From a bacterium (GTDB lineage: Bacteria > Patescibacteriota > Patescibacteriia > UBA9570): a DNA stretch of 64,000 nt. Under the pieces are notes generated by a model. The model was not told where the DNA came from. It ran no database searches and saw nothing but the letters and a program-made list of their open reading frames with translations. Location: the NCBI GenBank assembly GCA_030698395.1, contig JAUYKW010000025.1, forward strand, positions 68,179 through 132,178, given 5' to 3'. The translations under genes were made by a program, and so were the position numbers. This document shows, one piece after another, positions 38,214-47,989 of the stretch; position 1 is the stretch's first letter, and each line of letters begins with the position of its first letter.

Positions 38214-38504
38214 GTGCAAAAACTATCCAACAAGGATTTAATGTACCAGTTGAATAGAGCTGGGATAACAGGCGCTGTAAAGGCTAGTCAGGTAATGGAA
38301 GCTGCTGAGCTTTATATTAAAAGCGAATTACCAACGATAAATAAAACAGATCTTCAACCTCTGTTTTTGCGCCAGGGTGTGTTAATGGTGAAGAGTTCTA
38401 GCCCTGCGCTATCACAACTACTAAAAGACCGCGAGAGGGACATTTTGGAGTTTATAAACCAATCAACAGGCTCTAAGGTAATGCGAATTCAGTTCAAAAT
38501 TTGA
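38214..38504 (+). CDS. DciA/DUF721 family protein
   Basis: GVLMVKSSSPALSQLL..ILEFIN..VMRIQF; located after dnaN. Confidence 0.7.
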   Translation: MQKLSNKDLMYQLNRAGITGAVKASQVMEAAELYIKSELPTINKTDLQPLFLRQGVLMVKSSSPALSQLLKDRERDILEFINQSTGSKVMRIQFKI

Positions 38505-38505
38505 A

Positions 38506-41256
38506 CTAATTATTTTTATTCTTCGAAGAATTCTTATTCGAATTAGAATTAGAATTTTCGTTAGTGTTAGAAGAATTTTGATTATTAGTGTTTGAATTTG
38601 AGGTATCAACAATTTCGCCCTGCGCCATGTACGTGAAGATGATTGTATGTTCATTAGTGTTATCTCGATCATTGGTTACACGTACAGTTAATGTGTGTTT
38701 ACCATTAGTTAAGTTTGTTGGATTATATCCAGTGTTGAATGGTGGGCTGGTTTTTACATCAATAACATTTGAATCGATGATATAGGTTGTTTCTTTGATA
38801 TTTCTTCCTGTACCTGGATCAATGCTTGTTTGAATATCAAATGTAGCACTTGTTAAGCGAGCACCAACAGCAGGGTAGGTTATAGACACGGAAGGTATTT
38901 GATCAGAAGAGCGAAGATTACAATCCTCATAAGTCATTTCATCAGAAATATATTCTTCCTGGCCATTAGACCAAGCTTTTACACCAGCTTCCCAGTTATT
39001 AAACATAGGGTCGTTTTGGGGTTCGGAAGGAGCATCACCAAGAGGATCTTCTTTTGTGAGGTAGTATAAAATATTATGTACTTCTTTGAATTCACGGGTC
39101 TGTTTGAATTCTTCAGGATAAGACGAGATGCATTCATCAGGTATGATGTGTTGTGTATTTTTATCAACTATTTTTTCTACAGAAGTTCCAATTCCGCCCC
39201 ATAAAACAGCTTTATTCGCTTGTGCTGGCGGAGGAGAATTAAAACCTTCATCAGGTAATCCATCAAGAATACGTGACATATAGTCATTCATCATTGGAGC
39301 CGCAACAACTAAACCAGCCGCTCCATTGTGCATCTCAGTATTATCATTATTACCCACCCAAACTCCAGTCGCAAAAGAGGGAGTGTAACCCATAGCCCAG
39401 GCATCTCGGTAATTATTAGTTGTACCAGTTTTGGCTGCCAGGGTTCGTCCGGAAATGTTTAATGCTGTAAAACCAGCTCTAGCACTAGGATCAGATAAAA
39501 TACTATTTAGATTTTGAACCGCAACTTGATCAATGACTTGGTTTTCGGTATTGCTCCATTCATATAATACAGCACCTTTTTGATCTTCAACTTTTAAGAT
39601 GGTAGTAACAGGATGACGCACACCTTCTCGAGCAAATGTTGCAAAGGCTGAAGTGTGCTCTAACAAGGTAACTTCTCCACCTCCTAATACAAGTGCTAAA
39701 CCATATCTAGAGCGGTCTTGGAATGAGGTATAACCAAAAGATTCTGCCACATCAATTACCCTATCAACACCCACTAAATAAAGTGCTTTCACAGCTGGAA
39801 TATTTAAAGATTGACCAAGAGCCCGTCTGATAGTTACTGGACCCGAGAATCCACCGGAATAATTACTAGGAATGTAATCGCCTGAATCTGAAGTGAAGTT
39901 AGTTCTAACGTCAAATAAGATTGTATTTGGATTATAACCACTATCAAATGCAGTCATGTATACCAGGGGTTTAAAGGAAGAACCTGGTTGACGTAGGCTT
40001 GTTGCAACATTTACTTGGCCATCATAATCTTCTGAATAATAATCTTTAGAGCCAACCATTACTAATACCTGACCCGTATGTGCATCAATAGAAATAAGTG
40101 ATGCGTTACTTCCACCATATTGTTCAACTTTTCCCATGCCGTCTTGGATAACACTTTCAGCAATTTCTTGTTTGTCGAAATCTAAAGTAGTTGTTACACG
40201 AAGTCCTTGATTTATAAAAGCACCACCAAAATCATCTTCCAATTGAGACAAGACATAATCAACAAAATGAGGAGCGTCTTTAATTGCAATAGTTTGTTGG
40301 ATAGTAACGTCTTCTGTTTTTGCTGCATCAGCTTCTTCTTCTGTTATATATCCTTCTTCTACCATTCGATCAAGAGCAAAATCTTTTCGTTCATATAAAG
40401 CTTCGCGATCTTGACTGATGTAGTAAGTAGGTCTTTGAGGGATGGAGGACAATAACGCAGATTCTGCTAATGAGAGTTCAGAAGGAGTCTTGCCAAAATA
40501 ACTTTGAGAGGCAGCGGCAACACCCATATTTACACCACCGTAAGATGCTTCATTTAAGTAGAATTCTAGAATTTGATCTTTATCATATTTTCTTTCTAGT
40601 TCAACTGAAAGGATTAATTCTTTTATTTTTCGAGAATATGTTTTTTCATTTCCAACAATTGCCATTTTGACGAACTGTTGAGTTATAGTTGATCCTCCAA
40701 CTTGCTGATCAGTTGCTACATTTATTCCTGCAGAGCGGAGAATGCCAACTGGATCAAAACCTTTGTGTTCATAGAACTTTTTATCTTCTAAAGCAACAGT
40801 TGCATCAGCCATGTAAGGAGAAATATCTTCTATTTTTGTGTACGTTCGGCGAACATCTTTACCGGTCTCATAAAGTAGATGTTCTCCGGAGCGATCATAG
40901 ATTTTTGTACTCTCAGCTAGTACGCGATTTTCTAATTGATCTGGACTTGGTAAATCTTTAGCAAACCACGCAAACGCTCCAATCCCTGCTAATACTAGAA
41001 GTGCAAAACCAACAACACCAACTATGAATAAACGTAATAACCAGCGTTTCCAGCGGGGGCCACGTTTTTTTGCTAGCCTACGCTCTGCCTTACTTAATGG
41101 TTTTAGGTTTGATTTAGCAGTTGTATTATTTGAAATACTTTTATCTTTATTTGTAGGCAGAGTAGACTTTTTTTTGAATTGAGATGAGGTAGGACTAGAT
41201 TTTTTTTCTATCATAGGCTTGCGAGAGCTACTTAGTTTTTGAGTATTATTTTCCAT
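38506..41256 (-). CDS. Class A penicillin-binding protein (PBP1a) with C-terminal Ig-like domain and Asn/Ser tail
   Basis: EDKKFYEHKG, GSTITQQ, RKIKE, QPGSSFK, SLN, KTGTT; start set at MENN (41256). Confidence 0.93.
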   Translation of the reverse strand: MENNTQKLSSSRKPMIEKKSSPTSSQFKKKSTLPTNKDKSISNNTTAKSNLKPLSKAERRLAKKRGPRWKRWLLRLFIVGVVGFALLVLAGIGAFAWFAKDLPSPDQLENRVLAESTKIYDRSGEHLLYETGKDVRRTYTKIEDISPYMADATVALEDKKFYEHKGFDPVGILRSAGINVATDQQVGGSTITQQFVKMAIVGNEKTYSRKIKELILSVELERKYDKDQILEFYLNEASYGGVNMGVAAASQSYFGKTPSELSLAESALLSSIPQRPTYYISQDREALYERKDFALDRMVEEGYITEEEADAAKTEDVTIQQTIAIKDAPHFVDYVLSQLEDDFGGAFINQGLRVTTTLDFDKQEIAESVIQDGMGKVEQYGGSNASLISIDAHTGQVLVMVGSKDYYSEDYDGQVNVATSLRQPGSSFKPLVYMTAFDSGYNPNTILFDVRTNFTSDSGDYIPSNYSGGFSGPVTIRRALGQSLNIPAVKALYLVGVDRVIDVAESFGYTSFQDRSRYGLALVLGGGEVTLLEHTSAFATFAREGVRHPVTTILKVEDQKGAVLYEWSNTENQVIDQVAVQNLNSILSDPSARAGFTALNISGRTLAAKTGTTNNYRDAWAMGYTPSFATGVWVGNNDNTEMHNGAAGLVVAAPMMNDYMSRILDGLPDEGFNSPPPAQANKAVLWGGIGTSVEKIVDKNTQHIIPDECISSYPEEFKQTREFKEVHNILYYLTKEDPLGDAPSEPQNDPMFNNWEAGVKAWSNGQEEYISDEMTYEDCNLRSSDQIPSVSITYPAVGARLTSATFDIQTSIDPGTGRNIKETTYIIDSNVIDVKTSPPFNTGYNPTNLTNGKHTLTVRVTNDRDNTNEHTIIFTYMAQGEIVDTSNSNTNNQNSSNTNENSNSNSNKNSSKNKNN

Positions 41257-41421
41257 AAAAATCAGCCTAACTATATAACATTGATAGTCTTTTGTCGAAT
41301 TAAATAACTTACAAAAATGGATATAATTAGCAAGATAATTGTTATGGTTTAAGGAGAGATAGACACAATAAATGCACATATTTTCTTGTTCTGAAAATGT
41401 GCATATGGTAGGCTGGTATTC

Positions 41422-42609
41422 ATGGAACAGACAGAATATCTCTTGTCTCGTGGAGTAGACACTATCTATCCTACACGTAAAGAGTTAGAAAAAAAACTTG
41501 CATCTGGAAAAAAAATAAGCCTGTATTTAGGGGTTGATCCTACTGGCGCACAATTGCATATTGGGCACACTGTTGCATTACGAAAGTTAGCACAGTTTCA
41601 GCGTGCTGGGCATAAAGTTGTTTTATTAATTGGAGATTTCACTGGACGCATTGGAGACCCAACTGGAAAAGATAAAACGCGCAAACCTTTAACAGCCGAG
41701 CAAGCAATAATGAATGCGAAAAGCTATCAAGAACAAGCTAGTAAAATATTAGATTTTAATAATAAAAAAAATCCAGTTGAGATTAAATATAACAGTGAGT
41801 GGTTGGCAAAGCTTACATTTGAGCAAATTATTAAATTAGCTGCTCATTTTACAGCGCAACAGATGCTTGAACGGGACATGTTTGAAAAAAGAATGAAAGC
41901 TGGAAAACCTATATCCCTACATGAATTTTTTTATCCCCTCATGCAAGGATATGATTCAGTAGCTTTAGATGTTGATTTAGAAATTGGTGGCACGGATCAG
42001 ACGTTTAATATGTTAGCTGGTCGGACATTACAAAGAGTAATAAATAAAAAAGAAAAATTCGTATTAACGGTTCCAATATTAGCAGATTCGAATGGCGTTA
42101 AAATAGGAAAGACCGCTGGAAACGTAATTGCCATAACAGCAGAGCCAGCAGATTTATATGGCAAGATTATGTCATTAGGGGACGATGTGATTGTACAAGC
42201 TTTTGAATTATGTACTGATGTTGAGATGGAGGAAATTAATCAGATAGAAAAGAATCTAAAAAAGGGAGAAAATCCACGAGATGCAAAAATGCGATTAGCG
42301 AGAGAGATTGTTACTATTTATCACAATTCAGATATAGCTCAAGTAGCAGAAGATGATTTTAAGAATGTGTTTACTAAACATGGAAAGCCAACTGATATAC
42401 CAGAAGAAAAGTTGCCGGACAGTACAGATATTATTGAGATTTTAATAACATATAAATTAGCTGAATCTAAATCGGCGGCAAAACGACTAGTAGAGCAGGG
42501 AGCAGTTAAGTTAAATGACAAAGCTATCTCAAGCTGGAAAGAAATAGTTAAAATAAAAAGCGGAGATGTTCTCCAAGTGGGAAAAAGAAAGTTTCTGCAA
42601 TTTAAGTAA
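41422..42609 (+). CDS. tyrS: Tyrosine--tRNA ligase
   Basis: YLGVDPT..LHIGH, IGDPTGK, YPLMQGYD, GGTDQ, KIGKT, C-terminal S4 domain. Confidence 0.97.
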   Translation: MEQTEYLLSRGVDTIYPTRKELEKKLASGKKISLYLGVDPTGAQLHIGHTVALRKLAQFQRAGHKVVLLIGDFTGRIGDPTGKDKTRKPLTAEQAIMNAKSYQEQASKILDFNNKKNPVEIKYNSEWLAKLTFEQIIKLAAHFTAQQMLERDMFEKRMKAGKPISLHEFFYPLMQGYDSVALDVDLEIGGTDQTFNMLAGRTLQRVINKKEKFVLTVPILADSNGVKIGKTAGNVIAITAEPADLYGKIMSLGDDVIVQAFELCTDVEMEEINQIEKNLKKGENPRDAKMRLAREIVTIYHNSDIAQVAEDDFKNVFTKHGKPTDIPEEKLPDSTDIIEILITYKLAESKSAAKRLVEQGAVKLNDKAISSWKEIVKIKSGDVLQVGKRKFLQFK

Positions 42610-43584
42610 TTACTTTTTTGCTTGAGCAATAAAAGTATCAATTTTATCGACGTAAAAAGCTTGCGCTTGTTTGATGTATTCTAGATTATCCACTTTTGCT
42701 TCTAAGGGAATTGATCCTTCATCAAATTCTTTTATGAGAGCAGTTTTTACATCATGTAAAATGCTATAAAATTTTGGTAGCCAGTAACAGACAAGTTGAA
42801 AAAAATCAGTTGAATTTTCTATTTGTTTAATAATATCATCTTGTACATCAGGAGTGCGCCAAAAGCAGAGCCACATAAAAGCAAGGTCATAATACCTACA
42901 ATTTAAATGAGCATCAGACCAATCAATAATACCAAATCCATCCTCAGGTGTTACAAGAATATTTTTTGGATTAAAGTCTCCGTGTACTAGAACGGGATTT
43001 TTTAGCCAGTCTAGAACATGATCTTGGGTGATAGAGTGACACTCTGAATATTGTTCTTCGCTTAATCCTCCAGCTAAAGCACCGGTATGATAACTTTTCA
43101 TCTTATTTGACAGCTGTTCTTGATTGATAACACTAAAACCAATTGAATCGTTTAATGACTGAGAGTTGTTTTGTAAATAATTTAGTGCTGTAATAATCGT
43201 TTCTGCCCCAATTGTGCGGACTTGTTTTGTTCCAGTATAGAAATAATACCAACCAGCGGGTTCACCTTCAACGAGTGAGTAAGCTAAACCAATAGGGTCT
43301 ATTTGATCGTAAAGAAAGACTTGCTCGGGAGCAGTAAAAGGTAAGGTAGTTTGTTCAGAAAAAAACTTATTCATTTTTGCTTCAGACAAGAACGCCTCTT
43401 TTGCTTCAGCACTTGTTTTGCGTAAGATTTTTATTATAAAGTTTTTGTTATTTTCATCATGGCATTGGACAACATGATTAGTGCCAGAGGTGCTCATTAT
43501 TAAATCTAATACTAAACCATGTTCCTGTAATATTTTATCTAGTGTTTTGAAAATTTCTTTTTCTGCTACGAATTTTTCTGTCAT
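42610..43584 (-). CDS. Aminoglycoside-phosphotransferase/choline-kinase-like small-molecule kinase
   Basis: FIIK..E, LVHGDFNPKNIL, IIDW, YDLA. Confidence 0.8.
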   Translation of the reverse strand: MTEKFVAEKEIFKTLDKILQEHGLVLDLIMSTSGTNHVVQCHDENNKNFIIKILRKTSAEAKEAFLSEAKMNKFFSEQTTLPFTAPEQVFLYDQIDPIGLAYSLVEGEPAGWYYFYTGTKQVRTIGAETIITALNYLQNNSQSLNDSIGFSVINQEQLSNKMKSYHTGALAGGLSEEQYSECHSITQDHVLDWLKNPVLVHGDFNPKNILVTPEDGFGIIDWSDAHLNCRYYDLAFMWLCFWRTPDVQDDIIKQIENSTDFFQLVCYWLPKFYSILHDVKTALIKEFDEGSIPLEAKVDNLEYIKQAQAFYVDKIDTFIAQAKK

Positions 43585-45050
43585 TAGGATAGTTTATTAT
43601 AAAGTGAAATATATTTTTTTACTGAACTGTCCCAACCAAAATCAGCAGACATCCCACTGCGCATTATCTTCTCCCATTGTTTGGGTTGGTTATGATAAAT
43701 TCGTAATGCCCGATTAATTGTACGTTGCAGAGCACTTGCTGAATAAGATGAAAATAGAAATCCATTTTTACCATCATCTATAGTATCTTTGAGGCCTCCA
43801 GTTGCTCGTACAATTGGCACAGAACCATAGCGCATGGCAATTATTTGGCTTAGGCCGCAGGGTTCATATTTAGATGGCATAAAAAATAAATCCGATCCAG
43901 CATAAATCTGTTGGCTAAAAGGAATGTCGAATTTGTTATGAAAGAAAAATTTGTTGGGGGCAATAGCAGCGGCATCAGAAAATGTTTTTTCATATTTAGG
44001 ATCACCTGTACCAGTAAAGACAAATTGTGCATCAAGAGCTAGTAGTTTGGGCAGTAATTCAATTATTAGCTCTAAACCTTTTTGGCTAGTGAGTCTGTGG
44101 ACTAAGCCAAAGAGGGGTATATTTGGATTAAGAGATAGACCAGACTTTTTTTGGAGAAAAAGTTTATTTTTCTTTTTTTTATTTAAGCTAGCGATAGAAT
44201 ATTTATATTTAATATGAGGATCTTTTAAAGGATTGAACTTATCCATATCAATTCCATTTAGAATTCCGGATAAGTCTTTTTTTCTGGCTTTAATAATATT
44301 TTCTAGACCAGAGCCAAATTCTTTTGATAAAATTTCATTTGCATAAGTTGGACTTACTGTATTAATCAGATTTGCATTATCAATTGCGACGCGAAGCATA
44401 CGAATTCCTTTTTTGCGTCGCAACTCACTACTAACACTAATACTTTTTGCGTTCCAATTGAATAATTTAAGAAGCTCAATTTTAGTATCTCCAACAACGC
44501 CCATGTTGTGGATAGTTAGTAAACATTTTATGTGACCGAGGTCAGAATCTTGTTTTAAAAGATATTGTAATCCCGCAGTATGGTAATCATTAGCATGGAG
44601 AGTGGTGACTGGTAATTTTTCTTGCTTAATAAATTGATAAACTGCATGGGAGAAAAAAAGAAAGCGCAATCGTTGCCCGGTATGAGCTGTTGCAGGACGT
44701 TTAGTTATTGGATTTGTAACTGCTGTGCCTTGATAGGCTGTACCACGACTTAAGTAATTATTGTTTTTGAATAAAAGAACTGGGATTTTAGAGTTGGGTA
44801 TATATGTTCGCCAAACAGAAACACGTTCAACTTTATTATTGACTCTAACTTGAACATTAGCGATGTGTTCAATTTTGCTCGTTGCGTTTTTTGTGACTGA
44901 TTTGTAAAACGGTAGAGCAACCCAGGTTTTATTTACATGGGGGGCAATGCCTTTGGGAAGGGCGCCTAATACATCACCGAGACCACCGGCTTTTGCTAAA
45001 GGCGCTAGTTCAGACCCAACAAATAATACGTTAAAGGGACTTTTTTTCAT
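43584..45050 (-). CDS. glgA: Glycogen/starch synthase (GT5)
   Basis: ELAPLAKAGGLGDV, HANDYH, TIHN, TVSPTYA, NGID, QKG, PSKYEPCGL, TGGLKDT. Confidence 0.92.
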   Translation of the reverse strand: MKKSPFNVLFVGSELAPLAKAGGLGDVLGALPKGIAPHVNKTWVALPFYKSVTKNATSKIEHIANVQVRVNNKVERVSVWRTYIPNSKIPVLLFKNNNYLSRGTAYQGTAVTNPITKRPATAHTGQRLRFLFFSHAVYQFIKQEKLPVTTLHANDYHTAGLQYLLKQDSDLGHIKCLLTIHNMGVVGDTKIELLKLFNWNAKSISVSSELRRKKGIRMLRVAIDNANLINTVSPTYANEILSKEFGSGLENIIKARKKDLSGILNGIDMDKFNPLKDPHIKYKYSIASLNKKKKNKLFLQKKSGLSLNPNIPLFGLVHRLTSQKGLELIIELLPKLLALDAQFVFTGTGDPKYEKTFSDAAAIAPNKFFFHNKFDIPFSQQIYAGSDLFFMPSKYEPCGLSQIIAMRYGSVPIVRATGGLKDTIDDGKNGFLFSSYSASALQRTINRALRIYHNQPKQWEKIMRSGMSADFGWDSSVKKYISLYNKLS

Positions 45051-46107
45051 GCTGTTTGATTAGTTTTTTGTATACTTGTTCATAGCCATCACCCATGCGT
45101 TCTATAGAAAAATTATTTTTTACCCATTCTCGACATGCTGCTCTATCTATAGTATCAATTTTTTTAATCGCATCCCTCATTTCATCTTCATTTTTTACAA
45201 CAAAGCCAGTAACGCCATCCTTGACCAATTCTGGTACAGATCCTTTATTGAATGCTATTACAGGTGTTCCGGTAGCCATGGCCTCTACCATTACTAAACC
45301 AAACGGCTCTTCCCACTCAATGGGAAACAACAAAGCCTTGGCTTGGCCTACGAACTTTGCAATTTTCTGATGTGGAAGTTCTCCCCTGTAACTAATGAAG
45401 GAGCTTTTTAAAGCGGGGTTAATTTTTTTCTCCCAGTAATTTCTATAAATCTCACGTTGCAAGTCTGTTGAGCCGGCAAGAATTAATTTTTTACGAAGTT
45501 TTTTACATACATTAATAGCATGATGTACACCTTTTGAAGGATGAAGTCTGCCAATAAAAACAAAATGATCTTGGGGAGACTTATTAAACTTAAATTGATT
45601 CACATCAATACCATTGTAGACCACATCTGTGTATTGAATTTTTTCTTTATAATGTTTAGTTTGGGCTTTTGATATTGGAGTTATATATACATTAGAAAAA
45701 GGTATCTGCTGAACAATGTTTTGCGTTAATGGTTCAATCGGCCAATGCTGAGTCATTAATGTTGGCTTATCAACCAATGATGACATAAAAAAATGTAAGT
45801 TATCCAAATGGCTATGTAAAATATCAAATTCTTCGATATGGCGATATGCTCTATTTAGGAGCAGTAGATAAGTATAGTGCTTTAACATCCGAGCCGAGGT
45901 AGCCGGACCCTTAATACTATCTGGTGTCAAAGGATCGAGGCTTTCAATCCGAGCTCCTTTGATATTGGTTTTACTGTTACCAAATACAGTCACTTCATGT
46001 CCGCGCCGTATTTGTTCTCGGATAAGTGATGTTACTAGCAACCAACGACCACGATCTCCTTTGGGTGGTAATTGTTGGGATGGGTTTGTAATATGTGCAA
46101 TTCGCAT
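45031..46107 (-). CDS. Glycosyltransferase family 4
   Basis: VVYNGID, FIGRL..KG, WEEPFGLVMVEAMATGTPV. Confidence 0.92.
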   Translation of the reverse strand: MRIAHITNPSQQLPPKGDRGRWLLVTSLIREQIRRGHEVTVFGNSKTNIKGARIESLDPLTPDSIKGPATSARMLKHYTYLLLLNRAYRHIEEFDILHSHLDNLHFFMSSLVDKPTLMTQHWPIEPLTQNIVQQIPFSNVYITPISKAQTKHYKEKIQYTDVVYNGIDVNQFKFNKSPQDHFVFIGRLHPSKGVHHAINVCKKLRKKLILAGSTDLQREIYRNYWEKKINPALKSSFISYRGELPHQKIAKFVGQAKALLFPIEWEEPFGLVMVEAMATGTPVIAFNKGSVPELVKDGVTGFVVKNEDEMRDAIKKIDTIDRAACREWVKNNFSIERMGDGYEQVYKKLIKQHEKKSL

Positions 46108-46592
46108 TATGCTGTACGATAAATATTTTTTGTCGGATCGATTAAAAATCCTTCCATATCGCGTTTGCCGATAAGTATGGGATATAAGAGCATTTTTCTA
46201 TCAACGATACTTGCAATCGTTTCGATTTTTTTATTACGCATTTTATATTCTAGCTTAACAAAGGGCCTTACAGTTATGCCGTTTGTTGCAGGAATTACTC
46301 GGATATCATATAAACCGGGAATTTGTTTTTTTAATTTAGGAGCAAGTACTGTACGAATTTTTTTCTTGATTTCTTTAAAATTTTTGGTGGTGATTTTTAA
46401 TTTGGGCATTTCTTTATTAAATTCTTCGTATACAGAAAGAAGGCCAATTTTTTTTGCGATACTAACATCGATTGCTGTTGTTCTGGCGCCAGTATCAATC
46501 TTTGCTTGACGACGAATAAATTTTCCATTAGGAAGATAAATTTTTACTTCTTCCACTAGGCCAAGAATAGGTTTTATTTTTTTATTATTCAT
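46107..46592 (-). CDS. Retropepsin-like aspartic protease (RimB / putative 'ATP-dependent Zn protease' family)
   Basis: GLVEEV, AKIDTGARTT, DRKML.YPILIGKRD..GFLIDP. Confidence 0.8.
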   Translation of the reverse strand: MNNKKIKPILGLVEEVKIYLPNGKFIRRQAKIDTGARTTAIDVSIAKKIGLLSVYEEFNKEMPKLKITTKNFKEIKKKIRTVLAPKLKKQIPGLYDIRVIPATNGITVRPFVKLEYKMRNKKIETIASIVDRKMLLYPILIGKRDMEGFLIDPTKNIYRTA

Positions 46593-47987
46593 TTATTTTG
46601 TCTTTGTTGGATTAACTAAGAAGCCAGCAAGATCTCGTCTGCCAATTATTATTGGATGAGATAGTTTATTATCCATTGCAATGGCAACCTGGGTGCTGAT
46701 GTTCTTTTTTCCTAACACGAATGATAGTGAAACTTTAGGACGGATTGTATATTTGTCACCACTACGTACAGCAACTATATCAACTATATCTTCGTGTAAT
46801 CCTTTAATTGAATGTTGAAATGATTCTTCTACTTGGCGAGCATCAGATGCAGAGACTATGCTGGGTAAAACGATAGAATCAAGTGCAGTTAAGGCGTCTT
46901 GAAAACCAAGGCGACGTGCTAGGTCTTTAGAAATTGTAGTAGATGTTAAACCAGTATCAATCCGAACACGCATAGCTTGTTGTTTGTTATTACGGTCTGT
47001 AATTTCGATTGATTCGTATACACCAATAACTGCTTTATCTTCTTCGGTTTCGGTATCGTTACTAAATAAATCTTTGCATACTTTTACTCCTTTTACTACA
47101 CTGGAAATATTCAGGCCCGCTACCCTTTCTAATCTATCTCGGAGAGTTGTTTGATTTGCATTTTGAATTTCTAATCCAGGATGCGCATTTACTTCTAATA
47201 TTACTGGCCCTTGTTGTTTGTCTATCACTATGTCAACACCCGCATAACCAAGGCCGACGGCTCGTTGAGCTTCTACACTGATGCGTAGTATTTCATTCCA
47301 GTTATTAATGTGTAAACCACGGAGACTAGTATTGTAATCTGGATGTACTGTTAGTTCTCCTACGTGTTTGGATGCCGCATAAGTGGTGATGCCTGTCGTT
47401 AAATCTATACCTACGCCTATTCCTCCCATATGTAGATTGGCTTTCCCCGAGGATGATTTTGTTGGTAGGCGTAACATGGCCATTATTGGTACAGAGTTAA
47501 ATACAATTACCCGAATATCTGGAATGCCTTTATAACTTACATGTTTAAATTCTTCTGATAATTTTAAGCGTTCTTCAAAGTATGCTATATCCGGGATATT
47601 TGATATTGAATAATTACCATCTAATATATTACTAACGCGCATCATTAAATCGTCTTCTGTATAGAATTCGTTGCTCCCCCCAATCCATTGATTGTTTTTG
47701 TTTTTTCCATAAACAATAAGAATACCATTACCACCTAGACCAAAGTTTGGTTTTAATACAAAGCTTGGTGGGAGCGATGACCAATCAAATTCAAAGAGTT
47801 CACGACGATCATGAATTTCAGAAAATATTTTTGCTGTTGGCAGACCATGTTTTAATAGACGTTCTTTGGTTGCTAGTTTATTACGAGCAAGCTGAATAGA
47901 CGAACGTTTGTTATTCGGACGAATATAGCGCAAATTGCGAGCGTTCATACCAAGAACACGACTTGATTTAGCAAAGAATTCACTCAT
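46593..47987 (-). CDS. Alpha-L-glutamate-ligase-like ATP-grasp protein fused to a C-terminal retropepsin-like domain
   Basis: LGMNARN..YI, FVLKP..GLGGNGI, GIPDIRVIV, AMLRLPT..S.GKANLH.GG, LEVNAHPGL.IQ.AN; C-terminal IDTG..IIIGRRD. Confidence 0.88.
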   Translation of the reverse strand: MSEFFAKSSRVLGMNARNLRYIRPNNKRSSIQLARNKLATKERLLKHGLPTAKIFSEIHDRRELFEFDWSSLPPSFVLKPNFGLGGNGILIVYGKNKNNQWIGGSNEFYTEDDLMMRVSNILDGNYSISNIPDIAYFEERLKLSEEFKHVSYKGIPDIRVIVFNSVPIMAMLRLPTKSSSGKANLHMGGIGVGIDLTTGITTYAASKHVGELTVHPDYNTSLRGLHINNWNEILRISVEAQRAVGLGYAGVDIVIDKQQGPVILEVNAHPGLEIQNANQTTLRDRLERVAGLNISSVVKGVKVCKDLFSNDTETEEDKAVIGVYESIEITDRNNKQQAMRVRIDTGLTSTTISKDLARRLGFQDALTALDSIVLPSIVSASDARQVEESFQHSIKGLHEDIVDIVAVRSGDKYTIRPKVSLSFVLGKKNISTQVAIAMDNKLSHPIIIGRRDLAGFLVNPTKTK

Positions 47988-47989
47988 TG

